Assembly (NCBI GenBank): GCA_965277715.1
Contig: OZ255836.1
Location: 4,202,767-4,266,766, forward strand
DNA from: Gammaproteobacteria bacterium
GTDB taxonomy: Bacteria; Pseudomonadota; Gammaproteobacteria; JBCCGL01
DNA: 64,000 bases
Reading direction: 5' to 3'
Under the pieces are notes generated by a model that did no database searches, had not been told where the DNA came from, and saw only the letters and a list, made by a program, of their open reading frames with translations. This document shows positions 19,645 to 29,587 of the stretch, piece after piece; position 1 is the stretch's first letter; the number at the start of each line of letters is the position of its first letter. The translations under genes and the position numbers were made by a program.

Positions 19645-20766
19645 TTAGAGCTTGCCGTAGTAGTGCTCGTAAGCGCCCCGGTAATCTGGTGCGTTGTTGA
19701 GCGCGTAGGCGCCGTGGCGTTTCGCCCAGGCTTTTTGCGAATCGATGACTTTCTTAAAGAAGTCGTCAGAGGCACTGATACGCTCGACAACCACATCCCA
19801 GGCTTTGAGTTGGTCCTGCATCACACTGTCTGGTGTGCGGTGGACATTGACACCGTAGTCCTGCTTGAGGCTGACCAGATCCTGCGAGTAGCGCTCCATG
19901 GCTTTCCAGGCCATATCGGAAGAGGCGGCTTCAGATGCGTATTCCAGTATTGCCTGGTGTTCTTCCGGCAATTTTTCATACAGGCCCTTGTTGTAGATAA
20001 TCTCGAAACATTCCTGTGACTGATGAAAGCTACCCAGGTGGTAGTCTTTGGAGACATCCTGCATACCAAAGTCTTTATCTGAGGTTGGGTTGTTGAATTC
20101 AGCCGCGTCGATTAAGCCGCTTTTCATCGCCGGTTGAATTTCGCCGCCGGGGAGCTGTACCACGGACATACCCATTTCCTGCAAAACGTCCGCAGCCAGG
20201 CCGACTGTGCGGTATTTAAGGCCTTTCATCTGGCTGGGTTCAGAGATTTTTTCTTTAAACCAGCCCAGTGGCTGGGCGGGCATGGGGCCTGAGAAGAAAC
20301 CCACCAGATCGAGCCTTAAGCGGTCGTGCATCAGCTCGTAGTAGAGCTCTTTACCACCACCGTATTGAATCCATCCCATCAGCTCGTTGGCGGTCCAGCC
20401 AAAGCAGGGGCCTGTGCCAAACAGTGATGCCACCGGGCTTTTGGAATACCAGTAAGCGGTGACCAGGTGGGCGCCATCGAGCACGCCTTTGTGCACAGCG
20501 GTTTGCATTTCTGCGGTTTTGACCACGGCACCCACGCCGAGCAGGTCAATTTTCAGGCTGCCGCCAGACATTTTGTTAACGCGGTTAACGTAGTCCTTGG
20601 CAAATTCCAGGAAGATGCCACCACCCCAGGCCGCCTGAACTTTCAGTACGATAGGTTTGGCCCCGATGGCAAAGGTTGGCAGTGTTGCTGCAGTGGCGCC
20701 TGTCGCTAGCGCAGCACCACCTGCTTTGAGGAATTTTCTGCGGGATGTTGTCTGTTCATTACTCAT
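19645..20766 (-). CDS. TRAP transporter substrate-binding protein (DctP family) with Tat-type signal
   Basis: 373-aa ORF with an N-terminal SRRKFLKAGGAALATGA twin-arginine signal. It is the first gene of the PQM order. Confidence 0.85.
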   Translation of the reverse strand: MSNEQTTSRRKFLKAGGAALATGATAATLPTFAIGAKPIVLKVQAAWGGGIFLEFAKDYVNRVNKMSGGSLKIDLLGVGAVVKTAEMQTAVHKGVLDGAHLVTAYWYSKSPVASLFGTGPCFGWTANELMGWIQYGGGKELYYELMHDRLRLDLVGFFSGPMPAQPLGWFKEKISEPSQMKGLKYRTVGLAADVLQEMGMSVVQLPGGEIQPAMKSGLIDAAEFNNPTSDKDFGMQDVSKDYHLGSFHQSQECFEIIYNKGLYEKLPEEHQAILEYASEAASSDMAWKAMERYSQDLVSLKQDYGVNVHRTPDSVMQDQLKAWDVVVERISASDDFFKKVIDSQKAWAKRHGAYALNNAPDYRGAYEHYYGKL

Positions 20767-20881
20767 AGTTGAAATCTCCGGTGATCTATGTGGTAAATAC
20801 TTAGTTGGATTACATGCTCCGCGCTACGCCTATTCTACTGTCGATAGGTTGATTGAATATATGGAGCAGTGCCTGTTAGTT

Positions 20882-20893
20882 CTGGTATACCAG
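20882..20893. promoter_or_regulatory. Perfect palindrome CTGGTATACCAG upstream of the TRAP operon (operator candidate)
   Basis: 12-bp perfect palindrome about 115 nt upstream of the dctP-like start. GT..AC cores are typical of GntR-type operators, but no regulator is assigned. Confidence 0.25.
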
Positions 20894-20993
20894 CGCAAAG
20901 ACTACGTTACTGTTTGTTAATATGCAAGGTGGCCGGAAAGTTCTTATCGGTAGCTCGATAGCTCGATAGCGGTGTGTGGCCCGCTGGATAGCA

Positions 20994-21962
20994 TCACACT
21001 AATCTGTCACGCGGTGCCTGCCCGCTAAAAATAGCGTCCAGGTTATCCAGCGCACGAAACCCCATTGCATCCCGGGTTTCATCGGTGGCGCTACCGATAT
21101 GGGGGAGTAAAAATACATTGTCCAGTTGGCGATACTGCGGGTGAATATCACGCGGCTCACCGTTGAACACATCCAGCCCGGCGGCCCACAATTTACCGGA
21201 TGTCAGTGCATCGATGAGTGCGTCATCATCGACAATGGCACCGCGTGCCGTGTTGACCACAATGGCACCATCGGGCAGGTGGTTTATCCGCTCAGCATTG
21301 AGCAGGCCGGTTGTTTGAGGGGTCGCAGGGCAGTGAATGGACAACACCTCACTGTGAGCCAATAGGCTCTCTAGCGTGTCGTGGTAGCGATAACCCGTAT
21401 CGGCATCATTCGCCAGGGGGTGGCGGTTATGGTAGTGAATCTGCATATCAAACCCGCGCGCACGGGCGGCGGTAATCTGGCCCACGCGACCCATACCAAT
21501 AATGCCCAGTCGTTTGCCGGTAATTTGTTTACCAACCATAAATGCCGGGCTCCAATCGCGCCAGGCTTTGCTGCGCACCAGGCGTTCACCCTCACTGCCA
21601 CGCCTTGCAGCACCGAGCATCAATAGCAGCGCGATTTCTGCTGTCGCATCGCTTAGCACATCGGGGGTGTTGGTGACGATGATGCCTTTTTTCTTCGCGG
21701 CATCGAGATCTACATGGTCGGTGCCCACTGAAAAATTAGCGATGGCTTTGATATTGGCGGGGAGTTGTTGAATAAATTCAGCGGGGAATTTCTCGGTATG
21801 GCAGGGCAGGATAGCGTCGGCCTTTACACAGTGTTCGAGCAGTTCCCGGTGGGTGTACAGTGTGTCCTCTGGATTTAGTAGCGCCTGATAGTCCCGTTGT
21901 AGGCGTTGTTCGACGGCTTTGGGTAGTTTGCGGGTAACCAGAATTGTGGGTTTGTCGTTCAT
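20994..21962 (-). CDS. D-isomer-specific 2-hydroxyacid dehydrogenase (glyoxylate/hydroxypyruvate reductase-like)
   Basis: 322-aa ORF with the NAD-binding motif GIIGMGRVGQ and a catalytic region ending PHIGSAT. Confidence 0.88.
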   Translation of the reverse strand: MNDKPTILVTRKLPKAVEQRLQRDYQALLNPEDTLYTHRELLEHCVKADAILPCHTEKFPAEFIQQLPANIKAIANFSVGTDHVDLDAAKKKGIIVTNTPDVLSDATAEIALLLMLGAARRGSEGERLVRSKAWRDWSPAFMVGKQITGKRLGIIGMGRVGQITAARARGFDMQIHYHNRHPLANDADTGYRYHDTLESLLAHSEVLSIHCPATPQTTGLLNAERINHLPDGAIVVNTARGAIVDDDALIDALTSGKLWAAGLDVFNGEPRDIHPQYRQLDNVFLLPHIGSATDETRDAMGFRALDNLDAIFSGQAPRDRLV

Positions 21963-21978
21963 TGTATTATCTCCGGGT

Positions 21979-22263
21979 TCACTCAGTTTTTACTGCCGAC
22001 GGTTTATCTGTGGTGTGTGTCCATAGTTGCTGCACTGTTTCGCTGAAGCGATTGGGTTGATCGCGGGGTGCAAATGCCGCAATTAGCAACCAGATAAGGG
22101 CAGTAATAATGACGGTGCATTGAAACGCATTGGCCAGATGCGGCTTTGCCATCAGTGTTTTTAACCATTGGCGATTGCTGTAATAGACCTGTACTAATAC
22201 CCCGATTAGGTTGCCAATGGCTTTAAAGGGGAGAAGGTAGAATGTTTTGAGCTGCGCCAGCAT
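21979..22263 (-). CDS. Hypothetical small membrane protein
   Basis: 94-aa ORF with two hydrophobic segments. No family recognised. Confidence 0.4.
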   Translation of the reverse strand: MLAQLKTFYLLPFKAIGNLIGVLVQVYYSNRQWLKTLMAKPHLANAFQCTVIITALIWLLIAAFAPRDQPNRFSETVQQLWTHTTDKPSAVKTE

Positions 22264-22312
22264 GATGGCCCTGGGTGTTTATTTTGAGACGGTGTTTAGC
22301 GTACTAAATGAA

Positions 22313-22335
22313 CCTAAATTCCTCAGTTGAATCTA
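22313..22335. repeat. Family-A element, arm fragment
   Basis: CCTAAATTCCTCAGTTGAATCTA matches the left arm of the 2604 and 33281 copies. The right arm is missing. Confidence 0.6.
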
Positions 22336-22448
22336 GGTTGAACGAATCAACGATACATCAGTAGTGTATCGTCAGGGTCTGTGCATTGATAGCGTTTAGC
22401 TGGGTCTGCCTGGGGCTGGGTTTGGTGTCGTGTGCCGCTTTGGGCCTG

Positions 22449-22913
22449 TCAGTCAGTTATTTTAGGGGGAGTTGCATCCGCTGTATCTGGTCTGCTATTG
22501 CTATAGTCCAGAATGGCCTTCGTCATTGCAATGAAGTGTTTGCGTATTGTGGGTTGCAGCGTTTTCGGCAGTTTGTTGAGTGCGTGGTTTAGTTCAGCGT
22601 TAGGGCTGTAGTAGGTTGCCTGCAGGTCGTTGACGTTTTTTGCAGGTGCATCGGGTAGGATTGAACCCTGCCCTGAGATCAACCATTGGCTGTTGACGCC
22701 AAGTTCTTTGGCGATAACATTGATTCTGAGGGCTTTGGGTAGGGTTCGACCATCCAGCCATTTTTGGGCAGCCTGCGGGGTTACCTGAAATGCCCCGGCT
22801 ACAGCGCGCTGGCGCCCATTGCCAGTGACCGGGTATTCTGCCATGTCCAGCGCCTGGTTGAGCCGCTGGGCAAAGGCGAGTGCTTCGTTATCAGTCAGTA
22901 TATCTATAGCCAT
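22449..22913 (-). CDS. HTH-domain protein (phage-repressor-like N-terminus, no peptidase domain)
   Basis: 154-aa ORF. The segment AVAGAFQVTPQAAQKWLDGRTLPKALRINVIAKELGVNSQWLISGQG resembles XRE/CI-type HTH proteins. Confidence 0.6.
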   Translation of the reverse strand: MAIDILTDNEALAFAQRLNQALDMAEYPVTGNGRQRAVAGAFQVTPQAAQKWLDGRTLPKALRINVIAKELGVNSQWLISGQGSILPDAPAKNVNDLQATYYSPNAELNHALNKLPKTLQPTIRKHFIAMTKAILDYSNSRPDTADATPPKITD

Positions 22914-23149
22914 GTAACCGGATATTACCTTATTGTCTATAATAATCAGTTGTTTGAATTTGGTAACTATTAGTTGTACAATTTGTATGCCAATACCTTA
23001 ATAAAGGCATGTGATGGCTGTTTCGGTGATTTGTCAGATATTGTCTTTAATATTGGGCTGAAAGGTGTCAGTCGTTTGATTTTTGGGCTTCGTAGGCACT
23101 GTTTTTTTAACATTTTGATGTTTTTTTAACATTTTGATAATGGATAATA

Positions 23150-24385
23150 ATGGAAAAAGAATGTATTAATCTGCACCCGGCCAGGCGGGTGTTGACCAGG
23201 GGGGCGTTGTTCTGCTCTCAGTCTTCGTATTTGCCGCTACTCCATATACTGTGCTCGCTGTTTCCCGCTGGGTTGGCAAGTGCGTATCTACCCGCCCATC
23301 TACCTGTCTGGCTCCCGTTGTTGGGTTGGGGGGCATTGGTGGGTATCAGCGTCCACTGTTTTCGCTGGTTGCGTGTGTCACGTTGTCGGTCTGGTTTTTT
23401 TAAATACAGGCTGTTTCAGTACCGGATGATTATTTATGCCCTGTGTATCGGTCTGGTATATGGCTTGAGTGGCGTTCTGGGGTTGTGGTGGTTGCCAGTT
23501 TCCTCTCACGGGGTTTTTATCGCAGTATTGGCTGTAGTCAGCACAGTAGGGGTGCTGACATTTTGTGTTGACAGAGTGACGTTTGGTGTTTACTCACTGG
23601 CTGTTTTTATGCCAGTGCTGTTGTTGGCGGCTATTCACTCAGAGATACCTGACGGTCTTACGGTTGTGGCGGGGCTTATCGCCCTTGTACTGATGTGCAG
23701 TGTGTTCATCGGGCACTCGCTATTGATGCAATCGTCAGTTGAGAGGCAGTTGGCTAGTGCAAACCGTGTAAAACGGTTGGCCGTGGACAATCGTCGCCTG
23801 TTGCGCCTGTCCACTCTCGACCCCCTCACTACGCTGGCTAATCGGCGGTTATTTGATAGCACGCTGGAATGCGAGTGGCGGCGCGCAATGCGGGCGGGTA
23901 CGTCGTTATCGGTGATGATGATGGATGTGGATTTTTTTAAGGAGTACAACGACCACTATGGACATTTACAGGCGGATGAATGCCTGCGACAGATTGCCCG
24001 TGTGCTGCGCAGAGAGACCCAGCGCCCCGCCGATTTGGCAGCGCGGTTTGGTGGTGATGAGTTTTGCGCGGTTATCCCCGATACGCCGACTAACGGCGTG
24101 CTGCATTTTGCCAACCGGGTTTATCACGGTGTTGCACGATTGCGCCTGCCGCATCGGCAGTCACCCTGTGGGCGCATTTCGGTATCGATTGGGGTGGCGA
24201 CTGTGGCACCCAGTGAGTCTCTGACGTGTGAGGCGTTGCTACACGCGGCGGATTGCGCGCTGTACCGGGCTAAAGCGAGTGGGCGAAACCGTATTCACGT
24301 CGGCAAGATTGATTGGTGTGATCTGTCGCTTACGGATAACCCACTCCCCAGAGGGGATGCACCCAGCCACTATTTTACATTGTAG
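23150..24385 (+). CDS. Membrane-anchored diguanylate cyclase (GGDEF)
   Basis: 411-aa ORF with an N-terminal multi-TM region and a C-terminal GGDEF domain (RFGGDEFCAV). Its 3' end overlaps the convergent RND gene by 16 nt. Confidence 0.9.
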   Translation: MEKECINLHPARRVLTRGALFCSQSSYLPLLHILCSLFPAGLASAYLPAHLPVWLPLLGWGALVGISVHCFRWLRVSRCRSGFFKYRLFQYRMIIYALCIGLVYGLSGVLGLWWLPVSSHGVFIAVLAVVSTVGVLTFCVDRVTFGVYSLAVFMPVLLLAAIHSEIPDGLTVVAGLIALVLMCSVFIGHSLLMQSSVERQLASANRVKRLAVDNRRLLRLSTLDPLTTLANRRLFDSTLECEWRRAMRAGTSLSVMMMDVDFFKEYNDHYGHLQADECLRQIARVLRRETQRPADLAARFGGDEFCAVIPDTPTNGVLHFANRVYHGVARLRLPHRQSPCGRISVSIGVATVAPSESLTCEALLHAADCALYRAKASGRNRIHVGKIDWCDLSLTDNPLPRGDAPSHYFTL

Positions 24386-27300
24386 AGCAGCGCGTACATA
24401 ACGGGCACGATGCACAAGGTGAGCAGTGTTGAAAACAGTAACCCAGCGATAATCGCAACGGCCATTGGCTCCCACATTTCACCGCCGCCAAAATACAGCG
24501 GCAGCAGGCCCAGCACGGTTGTGGCGGTGGTGAGCAGGATAGGGCGAAGCCGACGTTGCGCGGCCTCGACAATCCCGGCCAATGGCGCCAGGCCGTTATC
24601 TTCAATTTCCTGTTTGATGCGCTCCAGCAATACGATGGCATTGTTAATCACGATACCCGACAGTGAAATAATACCGAGAAAGGTCATAAAGCCGAAGAAT
24701 GATTGCGCAATCAATAAACCGAAGATGACGCCGATAAACCCCAAGGGGATAGTGATTAAAATAATCAGAGGTTTGCGCAGGGAGTTAAATTGCGCCACAA
24801 GTAATAGCAGGATAATGGCGATGGCGATAGGCAGTTTGTCGGCAATCGATTGATTGGCCTTGCCGGAGGATTCGGCCTCACCGCCCAGTTCGTAACGATA
24901 ACCCACGGGCCAATCGCGCTGTTGCTGTGCCAGCCAGGGAGTGAGCGCGGCAAAGGCGTGGGTTGCCGAAGCACCCGCCGTCAGTTGCGCGCCGACAGTA
25001 ACGGTTTTTAGCCGGTCGCGCCGCAGTATCTTGGCAACTTGCCATTCAATCGCCAGGTCGGCGACTTGGGTGAGTGGCACCGACGTGCCACTCGATTGAG
25101 AGTAGACGGCCAGTGCCTGCAATGTGCTGATGTCCTGCCGGTTGTCGCCGGTGGCGCGGAGTGTGATGGGGAGAGTGTCTCCACCCTCACGGTACTGGGT
25201 CAGCTCCAGACCGCTGAGGCCGGTTTGTAATGAGGAGGCGATGTCCTGACTGGAGACACCGGCGCGCAGCGCACGCGCCTGGTCGATGTTCACCCGCAAT
25301 TTCTTTATGCGTTGCCCCCAATCGTCGTTGATATTTTTGAGTGTGGGCATTGATGCCATTTTTTGTTTAAGCGCCGACACAATGCGAAAGAGTGTATCGG
25401 TATCACGGCCGTATAAACGTATTTCCACGGGGTTGGCTACCGATGGGCCACTTTCTATTTTTTTCAGGGTGACTTGTGCATCGGGAAAGTGTGTAAAGGT
25501 GTAATCGTCGAGTTTTTGAATTGTCGCGTTGATTATTTTGGCAGAGGTGGTGTTGATGACCAGCAATGCGTAGTTGGCGCTGGCCGCTTTTGCCGTGTGC
25601 GATATAACAAAACGCGGCCCACCTGAGCCGATATAACTGACCCAGTTGGTAATGCCTTCACCATTGCCTGTGCCTGTTCCGCTGTGCAATGTATCGGCCA
25701 TGTAGCCTTCTATTTGTTTGACGATGGTTTCAGTGCGGTAGATTGTCGTGCCCAGTGGCAGCTCAATCTCGGCGGTAAAGAAGGCTCTGTCTGAGGGGGG
25801 AAAGAACAGACTGGGTATGTATTTAAAGCAACTTACGGCGATAAAAAATAACAGCGCCACGGCTAACAGCGTCAGGTAGCGAAAGCGTAGCAGGCTGTTT
25901 AACAGCGCTCTATACAGTGTGTAGAAGGTATTATCGAATGGGTTTTTTTGTGGGCTGGTTTTTAAAAAACTCACACACAAAAGTGGAATAATGGTGAGAG
26001 ACAATAACCATGAGCACAACAGGGTAATGGTGACCACTTTAAACAGTGAGGCGGTAAATTCGCCGGTGCTCGATTCGGCCAGAAATATGGGCAAAAATGC
26101 AGCGGCGGTCGTCAGGGAGGATGTCAGTAGTGGAATGCGTAACTCCAGCGCTGAGTCAACGGCGGCATCGACAGGCTTTTGCCCGCCGTTCATGCGCACC
26201 AGTATGTTCTCTGACATAACAATGCCGTTGTCGACCAACATGCCCAGGGCAATAATCAATGCGGCGAGTGAAATTTGATCGAGGCCGATATCGAGCACTG
26301 ACATTACCAATACCGCCAGCACCATACTGGCGGGTATCAATACCGTCACCACCAGCCCGGTACGCAAACCGAGGCTTAGGATAATGACTGCCGCCACCAC
26401 CGCAATTGCCTGCACCAGGTTTGAAATAAAGCCGCTGACCTTATTTTCAACTTCCTGCGGCGAGAAGTTAATAGTTTCGAAATCGATACCGTACGGGTAG
26501 GCGTTTTGTAATCGCTGTATGACGGCGGTTACCTGCCTGCCAAGCGCAATGTTATTGCCACCCTCGCGCATCGAAATGGCCAGGGCAATTGCCGGTGCGC
26601 CAGATGCCCTCACTTTAGTTGAAGGCGGGTCGATATAGGCACGGCTAATAGTGGCTATATCGCGTAAGTAAAACACCTGGTCGCTACCGGGGATCTGAAT
26701 GATCGTCTGCCCAATATCCTCAAGCGATTGAAAGTTGCCGGTGGGTTCCAGCTCGATACGTTCATTGCCGAGCACGATGGAGCCGCCGGGCACCAGGATA
26801 TTTCTGGCGCTGAGTATTTGTGACAGTTGCCCCGGTGACAATTTGAGCTCTGCCAGCCGTGCGTTGTTGTATTCGACGTACACCCGTTCCGCCTGTGCGC
26901 CGTAGATATCGACCTTTGCGGTATCCGGGATATGCAATAACGCCTCGCGGGCATTATCGGCGTAGCTTTTCAGCTCGGCGTAGCTAAACCCCTCGCCGGT
27001 AAGTGCGAGCACAATGCCAAATATATCGCCAAATTCATCGTTGACAATCGGCCCGATAACGCCGCTGGGCAGGTCGTTTTTTACCCCTTCAATTTTGCGT
27101 CGCAGGCTGTCCCAGATAGGGCGCATATTGGTGTAGCTCTCCTTGATATTGACAATGATAATCGAGACGCCGGTGCGCGATTCGCTGCTGACAAAATCCA
27201 GCTCGGGAATTTCCTGGACGACTTTTTCAATCTTATCGGAGATAAGCGCTTCGATACGTTCTGGGCTGGCACCGGGAAAATGGGTGACTACCTGTGCGGC

Positions 27301-27429
27301 GCGGATAATAAAGCCGGGGTCATAGGCGCGTGGCATACTCAGGTAGGCCTGTGTGCCAGCGAATAAAATAACCACCAGTAAAACCCAGGTGGTGCGGTTA
27401 TTTTCAATCGCTAAACGCGTGATATTCAA
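24370..27429 (-). CDS. RND efflux transporter, inner-membrane subunit (AcrB family)
   Basis: 1019-aa ORF with 12-TM/two-large-loop organisation, downstream of the adaptor gene. Confidence 0.92.
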   Translation of the reverse strand: MNITRLAIENNRTTWVLLVVILFAGTQAYLSMPRAYDPGFIIRAAQVVTHFPGASPERIEALISDKIEKVVQEIPELDFVSSESRTGVSIIIVNIKESYTNMRPIWDSLRRKIEGVKNDLPSGVIGPIVNDEFGDIFGIVLALTGEGFSYAELKSYADNAREALLHIPDTAKVDIYGAQAERVYVEYNNARLAELKLSPGQLSQILSARNILVPGGSIVLGNERIELEPTGNFQSLEDIGQTIIQIPGSDQVFYLRDIATISRAYIDPPSTKVRASGAPAIALAISMREGGNNIALGRQVTAVIQRLQNAYPYGIDFETINFSPQEVENKVSGFISNLVQAIAVVAAVIILSLGLRTGLVVTVLIPASMVLAVLVMSVLDIGLDQISLAALIIALGMLVDNGIVMSENILVRMNGGQKPVDAAVDSALELRIPLLTSSLTTAAAFLPIFLAESSTGEFTASLFKVVTITLLCSWLLSLTIIPLLCVSFLKTSPQKNPFDNTFYTLYRALLNSLLRFRYLTLLAVALLFFIAVSCFKYIPSLFFPPSDRAFFTAEIELPLGTTIYRTETIVKQIEGYMADTLHSGTGTGNGEGITNWVSYIGSGGPRFVISHTAKAASANYALLVINTTSAKIINATIQKLDDYTFTHFPDAQVTLKKIESGPSVANPVEIRLYGRDTDTLFRIVSALKQKMASMPTLKNINDDWGQRIKKLRVNIDQARALRAGVSSQDIASSLQTGLSGLELTQYREGGDTLPITLRATGDNRQDISTLQALAVYSQSSGTSVPLTQVADLAIEWQVAKILRRDRLKTVTVGAQLTAGASATHAFAALTPWLAQQQRDWPVGYRYELGGEAESSGKANQSIADKLPIAIAIILLLLVAQFNSLRKPLIILITIPLGFIGVIFGLLIAQSFFGFMTFLGIISLSGIVINNAIVLLERIKQEIEDNGLAPLAGIVEAAQRRLRPILLTTATTVLGLLPLYFGGGEMWEPMAVAIIAGLLFSTLLTLCIVPVMYALLYNVK

Positions 27430-27523
27430 CCTAAAAACCTCAGTTGAAAAAAGGATAATGCATTGATGTTAACCATCATTAATACAGAGGATATACGGTC
27501 AACTGCGGCTTTTAGATTCAAAG

Positions 27524-28642
27524 TTATTCCCTGGTTTCCAGGCGTACCTTTAGACCCGCATGTATTTTACTCATACCGGCTACGATGACGTAATCCCCAT
27601 CCTGTAAACCGGTATCGACAATGATTCCCTGTGAGGTAATTTTGCCGACGGTGATATTCGTGCGTTGTACTATGCCGAGTGCGTTATCGGCCTGGTTTTG
27701 GGTAGCCTGGTTTTGGGTAGCCTGGGGTTGAGCTGTGTAGACAAAACGCCCCTGTTCATCCTCCAGTACCGCGTGGGACGGCAGGTAGAATACGCCGGGG
27801 GCGTCGTTGTCGATATTGCGTCGTGCGTGAACGGTGCTGGTCATACCCGGCAGTATCGAATAGCCGGTGGTATTTGACATAGTGAGCGCGACTTTAAAGG
27901 TTTTGGTGGCCTTGTCTGCCTGGGTGGCGGCTTCCTTGAAGGTGAGGGGAAATTGCTCGCCTTCGATCGCGTCAAATGTGGCGTAGGAGGTATAGGGCTT
28001 TTCTTCGTCGCCCTTGACGGCAATCATCAGGCTTTCCGGTACATCAATCGATACCACCAGTCTGGAGAGGTCTTGAATTGAGATAATGGTTTGCCTGTTG
28101 CTGACCTCTTCAAAGCGCTCGACGTGGTGCTTGGCCACCACGCCGGCAAAAGGGGCGAGCAGACGGGTGTATTTTATATTTTGTTTCGAGGCTGAGAATT
28201 GCGCTTTCGCGGTGCTGTAACTGGCTTTGAGGGTCTCGAAGTCAGCCTTGGAAATATGCCCTTTATCGACCAGTGATCGGCCACGTTTGAAGGCTGATTC
28301 GGCGCTGTTGAAGTTGGCTTTGTCTTTGCTCAGTGCAATGGCAAAATCGGCCTGATCCAGCTCGGCCAGTAGCTGGCCTTTTTTAACCTCCTCACCTTCG
28401 TTGACCAGGAGTTTCTTCACCACGCCCGATACCCTAAATGCCAGCTCGGCTTTGCGCACGGCGTCGACAACACCGGGTAGCTGGCGGATGTTTTGGTTTT
28501 TGCTGGCGCTAACGCGCAGCGTTTTTACCGGTCTCAGCACCGTTTCGGTCGTTTCTGGCGCCGATTCACTGCCACAGCCGGTTAGCCAAAGAGCGGATAA
28601 CAGCAGGGCGATTAGCTGACAGGCGATCAGGTTTTTGTGCAT
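27524..28642 (-). CDS. RND efflux periplasmic adaptor (membrane fusion protein), lipoprotein
   Basis: 372-aa ORF with lipobox LTGC and an HlyD-like coiled-coil/barrel pattern. It contains the tandem peptide QATQNQATQNQ, encoded by a 15-bp direct duplication. Confidence 0.88.
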   Translation of the reverse strand: MHKNLIACQLIALLLSALWLTGCGSESAPETTETVLRPVKTLRVSASKNQNIRQLPGVVDAVRKAELAFRVSGVVKKLLVNEGEEVKKGQLLAELDQADFAIALSKDKANFNSAESAFKRGRSLVDKGHISKADFETLKASYSTAKAQFSASKQNIKYTRLLAPFAGVVAKHHVERFEEVSNRQTIISIQDLSRLVVSIDVPESLMIAVKGDEEKPYTSYATFDAIEGEQFPLTFKEAATQADKATKTFKVALTMSNTTGYSILPGMTSTVHARRNIDNDAPGVFYLPSHAVLEDEQGRFVYTAQPQATQNQATQNQADNALGIVQRTNITVGKITSQGIIVDTGLQDGDYVIVAGMSKIHAGLKVRLETRE

Positions 28643-28665
28643 AAGAAAATCTCAGTCGCTACCTG

Positions 28666-28754
28666 GGAACCTGTCGGATTCAGAACGGCTCTACTGCGGA
28701 AAAGCCCCAAACCGGTCCTTCCCCCGTTACGAGCGCCTAAACTCGACAGGCTCC
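28666..28754. repeat. Family-B palindromic dispersed element
   Basis: GGAACCTGTCG...CGACAGGCTCC arms. The core CCTGTCGGATTCAGAACGGCTCTACTGCGGAAAAG recurs at 40794-40881. It lies between the fpr stop and the adaptor gene start. Confidence 0.7.
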
Positions 28755-29497
28755 TAGTGGTATTTTTCGGTGGTGTAGTGTCCGGGCTCGCGTCGGCGGT
28801 GGCGCTGCATACCACGCGATTCGAGTACCGTGCTCACGTCTTTAATCATCGCGGCACTGCCGCACATCATCACGTGTGCATTATCGGCAGTGAGTGAAAT
28901 GCCCGCCCGGCTCTCCAGCGTGCCATTTTCAATGGCCGCCGGGATGCGCATCCGCAGTGCATGGTCAACATCTTCACGGGTGATCAGTGGAATAAAACAA
29001 AATTGCCCGGTGTGATCGCTTACCAGTTTGGCTATGATGTCTGAATACGCCAGCTCTTCAGCGTTGCGAACACAATAGCACAGCGTTATACGTTGAAAGC
29101 GCTGCCATACAGCCCCGCTGTTGAGAATAGAGAGAAAGGGGCCAATTGCAGTGCCCGTTGCCAGCATCCACAGGTGGCGTGCCTCAGGTACTTCGTTGAC
29201 GGTGAGGAATCCGGTCGGGTTCGTGGCGACTAACACACTGTCACCTTTTTGCAGGGTAAATAGCCTGGGTGATAACGGGCCTTCTGGCACGCGATTAAAG
29301 TAGATTTCCAGTGGTGATGCTGTTGGAGCGTTGACCAGTGAATAGGGACGGGCAATAATCTCGCCCGCAATCTCCAGCCCAACGCGAACGAATTGGCCCG
29401 CCTGAAACTGGCCTAATGGGGCGTCAATTTTTAACGAGGTAAGTCGTTCGTTCCAGCGATAATTTTCGACAACAGTGCCGGTGTGCCACTTAACCAT
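28754..29497 (-). CDS. fpr: Ferredoxin/flavodoxin-NADP+ reductase
   Basis: 247-aa ORF collinear with E. coli Fpr from memory (RPYSLVN, LSPRL, LWMLATGTAIGPFLSIL, HVMMCG, ...EKYH end). Confidence 0.92.
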   Translation of the reverse strand: MVKWHTGTVVENYRWNERLTSLKIDAPLGQFQAGQFVRVGLEIAGEIIARPYSLVNAPTASPLEIYFNRVPEGPLSPRLFTLQKGDSVLVATNPTGFLTVNEVPEARHLWMLATGTAIGPFLSILNSGAVWQRFQRITLCYCVRNAEELAYSDIIAKLVSDHTGQFCFIPLITREDVDHALRMRIPAAIENGTLESRAGISLTADNAHVMMCGSAAMIKDVSTVLESRGMQRHRRREPGHYTTEKYH

Positions 29498-29587
29498 TGG
29501 CCTGACCCTTTACTAATAAAGTAAATAGTAGTTTAGCGCATTCCGGCAGGTTCCTAGAAGCCTGTGCAGCGTCTATAGAGAAGAATA

